From the NCBI GenBank assembly GCA_905178155.1, contig CAJINV010000032.1, forward strand, positions 49,128 through 113,127: a stretch of 64,000 nt of DNA. The letters are read 5' to 3'. Of this stretch, positions 51,349-62,400 are shown piece by piece; within the stretch, counting starts at the first letter, position 1; the number at the start of each line of letters is the position of its first letter. Source of the stretch: Amoebophrya sp. A120 (taxonomy: Eukaryota > Protista > Dinoflagellata). Below the pieces are notes generated by a model that saw only the letters and a list, made by a program, of their open reading frames with translations, did no database searches and was not told the origin of the DNA. The position numbers were made by a program, and so were the translations under genes.

Positions 51349-54300
51349 TTAGTCGTCTATTGGTAGGTCTTCCTGCTTCAGAAAGCTGTGGGAGAACGTA
51401 TGCAGGGCAAGCAAAAGACGTCTGGATCGGGAAGATTGCCAATCTTGCCATATAAGAGATGTCGTGTTCGACTGGAGGTAAAAGGCGGCTGCTTTTCCTG
51501 GTCATGCAATACAGTTGTTCGCTTGTCGCATCACCCAGACCTAGCATCACAAAGTCGGAATCTTCCGGAGGACCCAGACATGAAACATTCGCAATGCATA
51601 AAGGGCTTTCTGTGCCGAGATGCGGTCCGTGGGGTCGAGTGTCAGGCACTTCTCACAGATATCAAATGTAAAAATGTCTGGGTCTGGAAGATTGCCAGGT
51701 TTGTCATGCACATTTTGGATGACTCCTGATGTCTGTGATGCATGCCCTAGCATCACAGATTTTGTGAGGGCTTCCTGATGCCTATACCGCATGGCAAATT
51801 CTCTTTCCGTGTAGCAAAACTTGGACTCTCTTTGCTGCTCATGCAATACAGATTTTTTTAGAATCCAAAATCCGCATGAGAAGTTGATGGATTCTTCCAG
51901 ACCCAGACATTTTTACATTTGATAACAGAGTTTCCGAAACTGTCTCGCGTAGCTGCCCGCCTGCATGATCCGGCTCTGGGTTCTCTCAGGTTTTTTTCTT
52001 TTCTGTATGAGAGTGCACAACCCCCCCGGTTGCTCTCATTTGTCATGCAAAATTGCAAGTTGGCTTTGAGGAAGTGGAAGATGTCATGCAGAAGAGATAC
52101 TACATTAACATTTTCGCTTTTGTTTCTGTTGCGAGGTCGTTCATGACAACCAAAGGAGACAGCTTGAAGGAGTAGAATTGTGCACTCTCATACTCCTGCC
52201 AGCGTAGACGAAATCCTTTACCTTTCCCAATAGCGGTGGGTGGCAAGGCTTGACTGCCCGGGAGTACAGCTTCCCGTCCTTATCTTCGCGAATATCCGCT
52301 GCGCGTTGCTCGAGGAAGAATTCGGTCACTCGCGATTCCTTCGCCCTCTTATCCTGTGCAAAAGTTTCGTACTCGTAGTAATAAATCGCAGTTACGCATT
52401 ATATACCTGTTTCTTAAGCTAAACCCGCATTACAAATCTATATTTCTCATGCTGAGGAATAGGAAATTTGTAATGCATTTATACGAGTACGATGCTTTTG
52501 CAATGCATACCGCTTCAACAAGTCATCGCTGAACCCGCCACCCAGAGTCTCCATCTGCGAGACATGCTGGAGATCCCGCGTGTCAGGGTCGTCTTCGGTA
52601 TGCATTGCAAATATGTGTTTGGGTCAGGATTTGTCATGCGAGTTTGGAAGTGCGAGAAGATCTGTAAAATGCAAGCGTGCGCTTGAGCAACTTCTTTGTC
52701 ATGCTGTGAAGCTCAGTTATTTGTCAGCCGTTTTACAAATGAATCTGCGATGAGCCAGGTCGCAAACTTCGAATTTCTGATACTACTACGCAGTACATGT
52801 GACTACTCTGCAACGCAACCTGCATCAGACGCATGAGATTCCAGAGGTGGACACAGATAGGCTCACAGTGCGTATTTCGTAGTCCGGTGCACCTCTTCGC
52901 CCAAATACAGCTCCAACAGAATGCTATGAGAGTGTCAGGATTGAAATCGACAAAGTTGAAATAAGTTGTATATGCATAAAATGGATACCAATTGGGCCCA
53001 CAGTGTCTAGTCGCTGCATGACAAATTTTGTCCGTACTTACCGGAGCCCAGTGTGTCATGCCGTTTAGGGCGAAGGGGCTCCCCTCTGTGATGTTAATCA
53101 GCAGCCCAATTACCGACCCTTAGCAGCGCCACAACCTGCCGCCCTTGCGTCCTCTGCAATAGAGGCAATGTCTGCGTTGGATTTTATGCATGGCAAACTC
53201 TTTCAACTCTGACGATTTCGATCCTGACACAACCATAAATGCACCCGAAGGAGTAGACGTCGGTTTGGGTGTTCCATTTCATGCCGAGCATCACCTCGGG
53301 ACTTCTGTAGTATCGTGTACTTATTTCGTTGAGTCGCTCATATCGCGGATCGTCTTCAAAGACCGCGCCCCCGCAGTCGATAATCTTGAAGCTGGGAAGT
53401 AGCGGGCGTCGGTATTGGCCGTCCTCCCAGTGCCCGAGCTGGAGCACTCCCTTCTCGTCCCGGTGCCTCGGAGTCCCTTCTCGTCCGGGTGCCTCCTGGC
53501 CACTGAAAGTGGCCCGGTGCTTCTTTTCCCAAGCTCTCCACCTGGTTCCGCCGGCCTTCTGCGCCAGTTGCTCGATGTGCGATCGGACAGGCGGACGGCA
53601 CGGGCTAGTGCCCGGGAATTGCAGGAGAATATTTTCTATGCATTGCAAAGGCATCGCACTCGCACTAATTGCAGCCACGCATTACAAATTCTTTGCTCAA
53701 GGTAAGTCCGCATGACAAATCCGCTCTTTCATGCTGAGCAAACATGTGAAGACGCGATGACAAGTACTAGCGCGATGCTTTTGAAATGCATACTTTCTGG
53801 CTTCAAATCCGTATGCACACAGCCCAGGCTGTGCATAAAGCACAACGCCTCGGAGCATCAACTGCAAAAATTATGTTTGGGCCTGGAAGATTGCCAGGTA
53901 TGTCATGCATATTTTGCACGGCCGGCGATGCCTGTACTTAATGCATGACCTAGCATCTTTACAGATTTTTGCATTGCTTCCTGATGCATACTCCGCATCA
54001 GAAGTGTTCTCTTCGCGTAGCACAAGTCGGAGCATCACAAGCTGCAAGCTTCCAGACCGCGACACACTTGCAGGGGATAGGAAGCCGTCGCGCGCAATTG
54101 CTTGAATATCTCGGAGGAACATCCCTCGCAGTTTATTTCCTAGAAGCAGCTCCCACAGGCTGCCGTATCCTGCAGAAAAGCACTTCCGACATACCAGAGA
54201 GAAACAAAATTGTCATCGCTCTCTTCTGTGTTCCAAAAAGTTCTCCCGCAGCGGCAATTCAGCATGACAAAAAATTCGTATCTGTCATGCGGCCATGCAT

Positions 54301-57300
54301 TACACTTTCCCAGTCCGAGATACATGACAGAACTTCTACGCCTCTAGATAGGAATGATCGCAAATTTCTAATGACAGAACGGCCACGACGAGAACAAGAC
54401 CAACTCCTTTTTTTGCTGTGTGGGTGTACTACTTTTCTGCGGGATAGAAATCCGAGCTGCTCAAACACCAGCACCAAGTGCCGCCGTGGCCCGTCGCGGT
54501 GAAAAAATTTCTCCAGGAGCTGAACGAGCTTGTCTTATCGCAATGAAAAATCTTCCCTCCCCATATCGATAGCGCATCTTTCTGAAAATTTGCCATGCAG
54601 AATTGTAACCAGAAATCATGTCATCTGCCTTGCATTAAGGCAACTCCGGCCCTTACATAGGCTTAGATCTGCCTGCACTCGCCTTCTGCAAGACAAATTC
54701 GATTTGTGTACACAAGTCCCGCATCACAGATTCCCCTTTGATATAGGAAGGGAGGATTTTTCATTTTGATATGTATTTGCCGGGATATTCGTCCTCCTCC
54801 AACTGATTTGCACTCTGCTGTAGCCTATGCATTGTAAATACGTCTCGGTCCTCTGGAACAAGAATGTAAAATTGTGATGCGCTTTCTGGAAAAGACAAAC
54901 CTCTCCTGTGTCGATTTTTGTCGCCAGAAGGCGGCATCACTCATTCAGACTAGGTACTTATCAGGGAGCGCCGTCCCGAAAAAGAAAATGTGTCATGCTC
55001 TGTGTGCATTACCCACGTTCTTGCAGATGCAAATGCGAAAACTGCATGAAAAAAACATGACTGCCTCCAGATCTAGACATTTTACCAGTGGATAAAGCCG
55101 CTTCAGCACTCGGTATTCCCCTAGCGCGTCACTCGTATGCGTCTTCCGGGCTCGTACCACTTTTGCGGCGTACGCCTTGGTTCTCTCGATCCCTCTCGCC
55201 TTAGCCTGTTCCGCGTCACGGACCTCGAGGACGCGACCGAAAGTGCCGTCGCCCAACTGTTCCCTATGACAGTGCGCAACCCCCCCTCCCCGCCCCTTGT
55301 TTGTATCGCATGAACAGCAATACAAACTACACCAGCGACCCTGGACGAGCCTGTGCATGACAAATTTATGTGTCTACTGTGGTACTCTTTGTGGTTTCAA
55401 AGTTTGTCGTGCAAACAGTGCCACAGGGAAGCGACTGGATTTGAGATTGTGATGCACGACACATGAGGGGGAGGGGGGGTTGTGCACGGTCATATTCCCC
55501 GATGACCCACTTGTTGTCCGGGCCTAAGAAATATCAAATGTAAAAGTGTCTGGGTCTGGAAGAGCACAACTTTGTCATGCACATTTTCCATGATCCGTGA
55601 TGTCTGTGATGTATGCCATAGCATCACAGATTTCTTGAGCGCTTATCTATGCGCATCCAGCATGACAAATGCCCTCTCCGCGTAGCCAAAATTGAATCCT
55701 CTTGCTGGTCATGCAATACAAGTTTTTTTAGCATCCAAATGCAGCATCACAAGTTTGGCTCTTCCAGACCCAGACACTTTTACATTTGATAAGAAGTCTC
55801 CGGATTTGACCTCGAAGTGCGGCGCACTGTCTTCGTCGTCACTCGCCTCCTCCCGTTGATAATTATCGGGTGGAAATTCTTCTCGGTCTGGAAATATGTG
55901 TTGCGGCTCGTCGCATTACAGATTCATTTTCATGCGTACAAATGCATGACAAACTGACTTGTTCCTGCCACCCGTACGAGAAAAAAGATCAATCGTATTC
56001 ATGTATTACAGACCCTGCTGTGGCTGTCCTTGAAAGGCAGCAACACAGATTCAGACCCAGACATATTTGCAATGCATAGTCCTCTGACTCTCCACTGCTA
56101 CGCCCCCAGCTCCTGATTTCTCGCCGGTTCGACCTGGACCGCCAGTTACGCGGCGTTCTCCTGACTAAGGTATCGATGTCCAGCTCCGCGAGTTTGCAGC
56201 TCGTGTTGGCCTCATCATCCTCATCGGCACAAGCTTGTTCTTCCCGATCTCTTTCCTGATCTTCCTCCGGGAGGTTCATATGCTGATACTCCAGTTCTTG
56301 CTCTAGCGCGCCGGGTCTGCATGCTGCCTTTCTCCGGATTCGTTCGCACCACTTGTGTATCCGGACCAAATTTCTCACCATAGTCTGCAGCTTGTGAACC
56401 AATTTACGAACCCGGATTTCACGCAGCAACGTCCCACAGTACAAGCAAAGTTGCACAGCGAGGACACAGCGGCGGAACTTTTTACTCGTCAGCGCGACGC
56501 GCTGTTGGTGATGCTGTTGAGCCCTCGTCGGCTGTTGGTTTTCTTGCTCCAGATTTTGCTCGTGGGCGTGACGACGATTCCCGCCGCGCGTGGAAGCCGG
56601 GCCGTGAGTAACATCCGCTTCCTGTTTGCCCTCGCTCGAAGGACCATTAGCGGCAATTTCACTTGTCTGTCTTTCGCGTCGTGGTCTCTTGTCTGTCTTT
56701 CGCGTCGTGGTCTCCTTCCCGTCAGGACGAACCCCGAGCGTCTGGCGCGCCGAGCCTCTGCCCGCCCGCTTCGCCAGCGCTCTTTGTTTCCGTGCTGCTG
56801 CGATTTGTAGAGCGATCTGCTCTTTGCGCGTCTGCAACGTCGATTTCGGCGACGCAAGTATCATCTGCGGCGCTCCGCCCTCGTGGGGATCTGACTCAGC
56901 ACACCCTGCTGCAGCAGACGACGTCTTCATAGCGCTTACCGGGGCAGGCTGTTGGTCTGCTTGTTGGTGTGGTTGCGTTTGTAGATGGTTTGTAGTCGAG
57001 GCTGCGGCCCCAGAAGATGACGACTGAGTCACGACTTTTGCTTGGGGAGCACGAAATATGCATTGCAAATATTTCTGGGTCTGAAAGAGTTCCAACTTGT
57101 GACGTCGCTCCCCCTGGATCATCATGCAAACACCCTTGTTGTATGATAGTACCAAGTAAAGTTGTCTGCTTTACTTCACCATCAAATGGAGACGAGGGAG
57201 TTTGTCATGCAGGAAAGGCACGATAGAGACGAATGCAGAATCTGGCATACTACCTCCTGCATGATTGTGGTTCCACTTGTCATGGTCCATGAAAAGCGAA

Positions 57301-57600
57301 ATCCTGCATCCCGACCCAAAAATATTTGCATCTGGTACTTTCGGGTTTTTTCATCCCGTGGCGCTGCTGGATGGCATGGGATGTTGTAGCTGGAGGCGCG
57401 TTGAAATTGAAAACACTGTAATCCGTGTTCGCTGCTCGTCTCAGCTGCTGCAGCTGCTGCCGTATCTGCTCTTGCTCTGGGTTGTACGCGAACAACGTCT
57501 GCTCTTGCTCCTGTATTTGTTGCTGTGTCATCGTCATCAGCTGCTGCTGCTGGATTAAACGCTGTAGCTGCGGCCGCCCCCATTGCTCCTGTTGCGGCAT
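51349..57600 (-). CDS. CMGC protein kinase, CLK/LAMMER-like, with a long Gln-rich N-terminus; 15 introner introns
   Basis: Spliced motifs DDEDSAPHFEVKSGDFL, LGDGTFGRV, YAAKVVR, LVLVFEQLG, VHTDLKPENIL, KIIDCGGA, STRYYRSPEVMLG, DVYSFGCILLELYLG, KCLTLDPTDRISAQKALSHSFL. Introns at 57057-57337, 55864-56078, 55532-55791, 55265-55494, 54826-55094, 54536-54771, 54166-54446, 53856-54079, 53637-53792, 52925-53237, 52599-52874, 52350-52509, 52006-52192, 51660-51924, 51399-51600. Confidence 0.9.
51660..51924. mobile_element. Introner family A, near-identical reverse complement of 4150-4411
   Basis: Perfect TSD ACAGA; perfect TIR of about 30 bp. Confidence 0.95.
52006..52192. mobile_element. Introner family E
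   Basis: TATGAGAGTGCACAA / TTGTGCACTCTCATA; frame restored. Confidence 0.85.
52350..52509. mobile_element. Introner family B, reverse orientation
   Basis: TSD CCTCT/CCGCT; frame restored. Confidence 0.87.
52925..53237. mobile_element. Introner family G (TIR TATG...GTGTCAGGAT.GAAATCG)
   Basis: Perfect TSD AATGC; removal gives FGCI|LLELYLG. Confidence 0.9.
53637..53792. mobile_element. Introner family B inside the catalytic loop
   Basis: TSD TTTTC/CTTTC; splits DLKPE|NIL. Confidence 0.88.
54536..54771. mobile_element. Introner family D
   Basis: TATCGCAATGAAAAATCTTCCCTCCC / GGAAGGGAGGATTTTTCATTTTGATA; TSD TGTCT/TGTAT. Confidence 0.83.
55265..55494. mobile_element. Introner family E
   Basis: Perfect TSD TTCCC; removal gives VIGE|QLGDGTFG. 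Confidence 0.9.
55532..55791. mobile_element. Introner family A
   Basis: Perfect TIR of about 33 bp; TSD AGAAA/AGAAG. Confidence 0.92.
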
Positions 57601-57799
57601 GGCTCGGCTTGTGTCTGAGTCTTATTATTCCTGACACAAAAATACCTTTCGACACGGTTTTGGAACGGATTGGATCCACAGAAAGAAAACGGGTCGTGTA
57701 TAGACTGGTTGATACTGCTGTTAGTGTTCTTACCCTACACAACTACTAAGGAGCACCAACGTGGTCGTGCAATCGACGTTCTGTTGCAGGTTTAAACTT

Positions 57800-58880
57800 T
57801 AAAAACCAAAACCACTGAGACAGGATCCAGCATCTTCTAATGTTGAGCAGGCTTAAAAGCCAAAACCATTGAGACAGGATCCGGCATCTTCCAATGCTGA
57901 GCAGGGTTAAAAGCCAAAACCATTGAGACAGGATCCGGCATCCTCCAATGTTGAGCAGGCTTGAAAACCAAAACCATTGAGACAGGATCCGGCATCTTCC
58001 AATGCTGAGCAGGGTTAAAAGCCAAAACCATTGAGACAGGATCCGGCATCCTCCAATGTTGAGCAGGCTTGAAAACCAAAACCATTGAGACAGGATCCGG
58101 CATCTTCCAATGCTGAGCAGGGTTAAAAGCCAAAACCATTGAGACAGGATCCGGCATCCTCCAATGTTGAAGCAGGCTTAAAAACTAAAACCATTGAGAC
58201 AGGATCCGGCATCTTCCAATGCTGAGCAGGGTTACAAGCCAAAACCATTGAGACAGGATCCGGCATCTTCCAATGTTGAGCAGGCTTAAAAGCCAAAACC
58301 ATTGAGACAGGATCCGGCATCCTCCAATGTTGAGCAGGCTTAAAAGCCAAAACCATTGAGACAGGATCCGGCATCTTCCAATGCTGAGCAGGGTTAAAAG
58401 CCAAAACCATTGAGACAGGATCCGGCATCCTCCAATGTTGAGCAGGCTTAAAAACCAAAACCATTGAGACAGGATCCGGCATCTTCCAATGCTGAGCAGG
58501 GTTAAAAGCCAAAACCATTGAGACAGGATCCGGCATCCTCCAATGTTGAAGCAGGCTTAAAAACTAAAACCATTGAGACAGGATCCGGCATCTTCCAATG
58601 CTGAGCAGGGTTACAAGCCAAAACCATTGAGACAGGATCCGGCATCTTCCAATGTTGAGCAGGCTTAAAAGCCAAAACCATTGAGACAGGATCCGGCATC
58701 CTCCAATGTTGAGCAGGCTTAAAAGCCAAAACCATTGAGACAGGATCCGGCATCCTCCAATGTTGAGCAGGCTTAAAAGCCAAAACCATTGAGACAGGAT
58801 CCGGCATCTTCCAGTGCTGAGCAGGCTTAAAAACTAAGACCATTGAGCAGGCTCAAAAACCAAAACCATTGAGACTGATT
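57800..58880. repeat. 54-bp tandem array, about 19-20 copies, with higher-order structure, between the two kinase genes
   Basis: AAAACCATTGAGACAGGATCCGGCATC[T/C]TCCAATG[C/T]TGAGCAGG; variants alternate and a +1 variant recurs 379 bp apart. Confidence 0.96.
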
Positions 58881-59410
58881 CAAAATGTTTCCTTCAAGAT
58901 GAACAACACCATCTTCCACATTGACATCTGAGCTAGCCTGTTTAAATATACTTCTTCATCCTTCTGTGCAGTTTTCTTCGTTCTCCCACAGTACAACGTC
59001 TATAGGTCGTGAGTGGAACACGGCCGAAAAAAGAAAAAACACGGACGCAGAAAGTATTGCTGCTAACCCGGAAGCTTCGTCTTGTTTTCATGCTTTTTCA
59101 ATATGTGAGTGCCTTGCTTCATGTTGATTTCGTATCATGTGGGCCACTATGTATGCTGTTGATGTGTTGCACTAGGTGAAAAGCAAAATCCGTCACCATC
59201 GTCATCATCTTTGTGTTTGTCCGTAACATCATGATTTGTCTGCTGTCATGGATTTCTCTGTGAGTAGACGCACACACGAGCACAGATTTGTGACGCTCGA
59301 CACCTTCTCCGCAACCCACAGGCCTTCCTGGTTGCGGTAGAACGCTCGGTCGGCAACGTCCTTGATGTGTAAAAAGCAAAATCCGTGCGTGAAGATAAAC
59401 TGCGTCGCGT

Positions 59411-62400
59411 TCAGTCGTGTGAGGTCACGGGTCGGTGAAAAAAATTGTGTGCTAACGCCCTGTATGCAATGCAAAGATGTCTGGATCATCTGGAAAAACG
59501 GAAGACTTGTCATGCAGGTTTCATCCTATGACCCGTGAAGATTCCTGGCACAAATAACAAACTAGCAAGATAGATTCTGTGAGATGTGTGTCATGCCTCT
59601 GCATGCGACACAGGTTTTTGCACGGTTGCAGACTTAGCATGACAAGTCGCGTCCTTCGAGACGTAGACATCTTTACAAGGCATACCTTCTGCGACGTGAT
59701 TCGGGTGGCCGGGTCCACGGTGAGGCGTTATCAAATGTAAAAATGTCTGGGCCTGAAAGATTTCTAGACTTGTCATGCAGGTTTTGCATGAGTCTTGATG
59801 TCTGTGATGCGTGGCCTAGCATCACAGACTTTTTGAGGGCTTCTTGATGCCTATTCCGCATTACAAATGCCATCTCAGCGTAGCAAAAAACGCATTCCCT
59901 TTGCTGCTCATGCAATACAGATTTTTTTACAATCCAAATGCAGCATCGCAAGTTCCAATCTTCCAGACCCAGATATTTTTACATTTGATAGGCGGGTATC
60001 GAATCCAAGATCTCTGGGTCTGGAAATGGATTTATGTTGCTGAGTCCTCATCTTGCAACATAAGTATACACACTCGTCGCTTGTACGGCACTCCGGCATG
60101 ACAGGGTTCTATTTCGCGAGATGTGTAATGAAGATTCTTTCATTCCTATATTTGCATGACAAACGCCCGTGCAGCATAGCAGAAAATCTCGCCACCGCCA
60201 ATCGTCTCCATGCATGACAGACACAGATCTGCTCAGTGTCCTTTGTTCAAGTCGTGCATTACAGATCCAGACCCAGATCTTCGATATTTGCAATGCATAA
60301 CACGCTTCGCAAATTGACCGGAAGAACTCGGTATGCAATGCAAAAGCATCGTACTAGTATAAATCGCATGACAAATTTTCTCAGCATGAGAAAGAAAATT
60401 TGTAATGCGGATTTAACCTGAGAACGAAATTTGTAATGCATGAATGCGATTAGTACGAGTACGATACTTTTGCACAGGATACTCGGCGTGGCCACCTGGT
60501 TCGCCTCCGGCGATCATGTTGGTATCAAGTGTAAAAATGTCTGGGTCTGGAAGAATGCGAACTTGTAATGCAGATTTTACATGGCCCGTGACGTCTGTGA
60601 TGTATTCCCTGGCATCACAGATTTTCTGAGTGCTTCTTGATGCCTATTCCGCATGACAAATGGCCTCCCCGCGTAGCAGAAACTGGGCTCCTCTTGCTGG
60701 TCATGCAATACAGATTTTTCTAGAATCCAAAATTAGCATGACAAACTTGCATTCTTCCAGACCCAGACATTTTTACATTTGATAGTTGGCTAGCGTGTCT
60801 TATTGCGAGGAAAAATCCCCCCTCCCAATATCGAAAAGGAAATTTGTGCTGCTGGATTTGCGTACACAAATCAGCTCTGTCTTGCGTACAAGGATGGAAA
60901 CGGCACCCGTGTGGCGCATTGTACAGCGAGTCTGTCATGCTGTTTCGCCTATTTCAGACTTGTTGCGCATGTTCCGCTGCTGGCCGGATGCGTACCCAAA
61001 TAGGGGCAGAGTATGCCGACAAGCTCTTACTGCAATAGAAAGTTCATTTGTGTAGGTGTACGTCATGCAGCAACACGAATTGATGTCTTTTGAATTATGG
61101 GGTGGGGGATTGTTTCACTTTGATATGTCTACGGCCTCCTCTGGTGGTGTACAAGACCGCACCTTATGCATTGCAAATAAGTATTCTGGGTCTGCAAAAT
61201 AAGTAGTTGCACAAAGACGGCGTGGCACAGATGCATCAAAGATTGTGTAAAAGCTTGCTTCTTAATGCCGAACCCGCATGTTGACACATGGCAAATTATC
61301 GGGCTTATGCAACACAGATTTCTATTTGTGCGATCCAGCTGTTAGTTCAGCATGACACGTTGCATAATGTTTTTCTCAGACCCAGTTCGATGCTTTCCAT
61401 GCGTAGACCTGTCGTGAGTACCACATCTTGTCGAGCCCTTGCACCGGATTCTTCCATCTTCGAAAGGCCCCGCGAAACTTCGACTCCCGCCCAGTTCGCA
61501 AAAAAGCATCGCTGAAGCATCCGCCTATGGTCTGCATCTGCAGCATCTGCTGCACATACCCTAGGTAGTTGCTCGGCGCAGAATCACGGCTGCGGTCGCT
61601 ACCGGAGCCCTCTATCGCAAGAAAAAACTGTTTCACTGTAAACTTGTAATGCAGAAAATGCATCTACCGAGAAGTGTTTGTCTTGCTACACATGCAAGAC
61701 AATGGATTTTGATCTGTGTTTTCCCTTAGGAATCTCGCATGGCAAATTTTCTCTGTCATGTAGGACAAACTTGTGATGCAAAATAACTTGCAAAATTCTT
61801 ACAGTGAAACACTTTTTTCGTACGATACCCTCGCTTCCACTGCTAGTGACGTTCAAGATATCACCGAGGTATAGCTCCATTAGTATGCATCCGAAGGAGT
61901 AGACATCCGCTCGCGCGTCCCACGCGGCTCCAATCATCACTTCGGGGCTGCGGTAGCTTGGGGTAGAAATTTCCGCGTTGTTTGGTCGTCCGTGCTCGTC
62001 CTGAAAGATTGCCCCACCGCAATCGATATGGATTGTAAAAATGTCTGGGTCTGGAAGAGTGTGAACTTGTCATGCAGGTTTTCCATGACCCGTGAGGTCT
62101 GGAATTCGGGGCCTAGCATGGCAGAGTCTGAGAGGTCTCTTTCATGCCTATCCTGCATGAGAAACTACCTCCCGACTTGGTCAAAACTGGACGACTTTTG
62201 GTAATCATGCAACACAGATTTTTGCATGCTGCAGATTTAGCATGACAAGTTGCAATCTTCCAGACCCAGACATTTTTACATTTGATAATCGATTATCTTG
62301 ATTTTCGCAACTGTCGGACGCCGGTACTCGCCGTCTTGGAAGCACTATCCTGAGGAAAAACGTACCCACACCAGAGTTGTAATGCAGATTTGCAAAGACA

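Noticed and set aside
57837-58843. 18-aa repeat protein (MPDPVSMVLAFKPAQHWK)n
   Set aside because: Open only because the unit is 54 bp; interrupted by +1 frameshifts and not linked to any exon.
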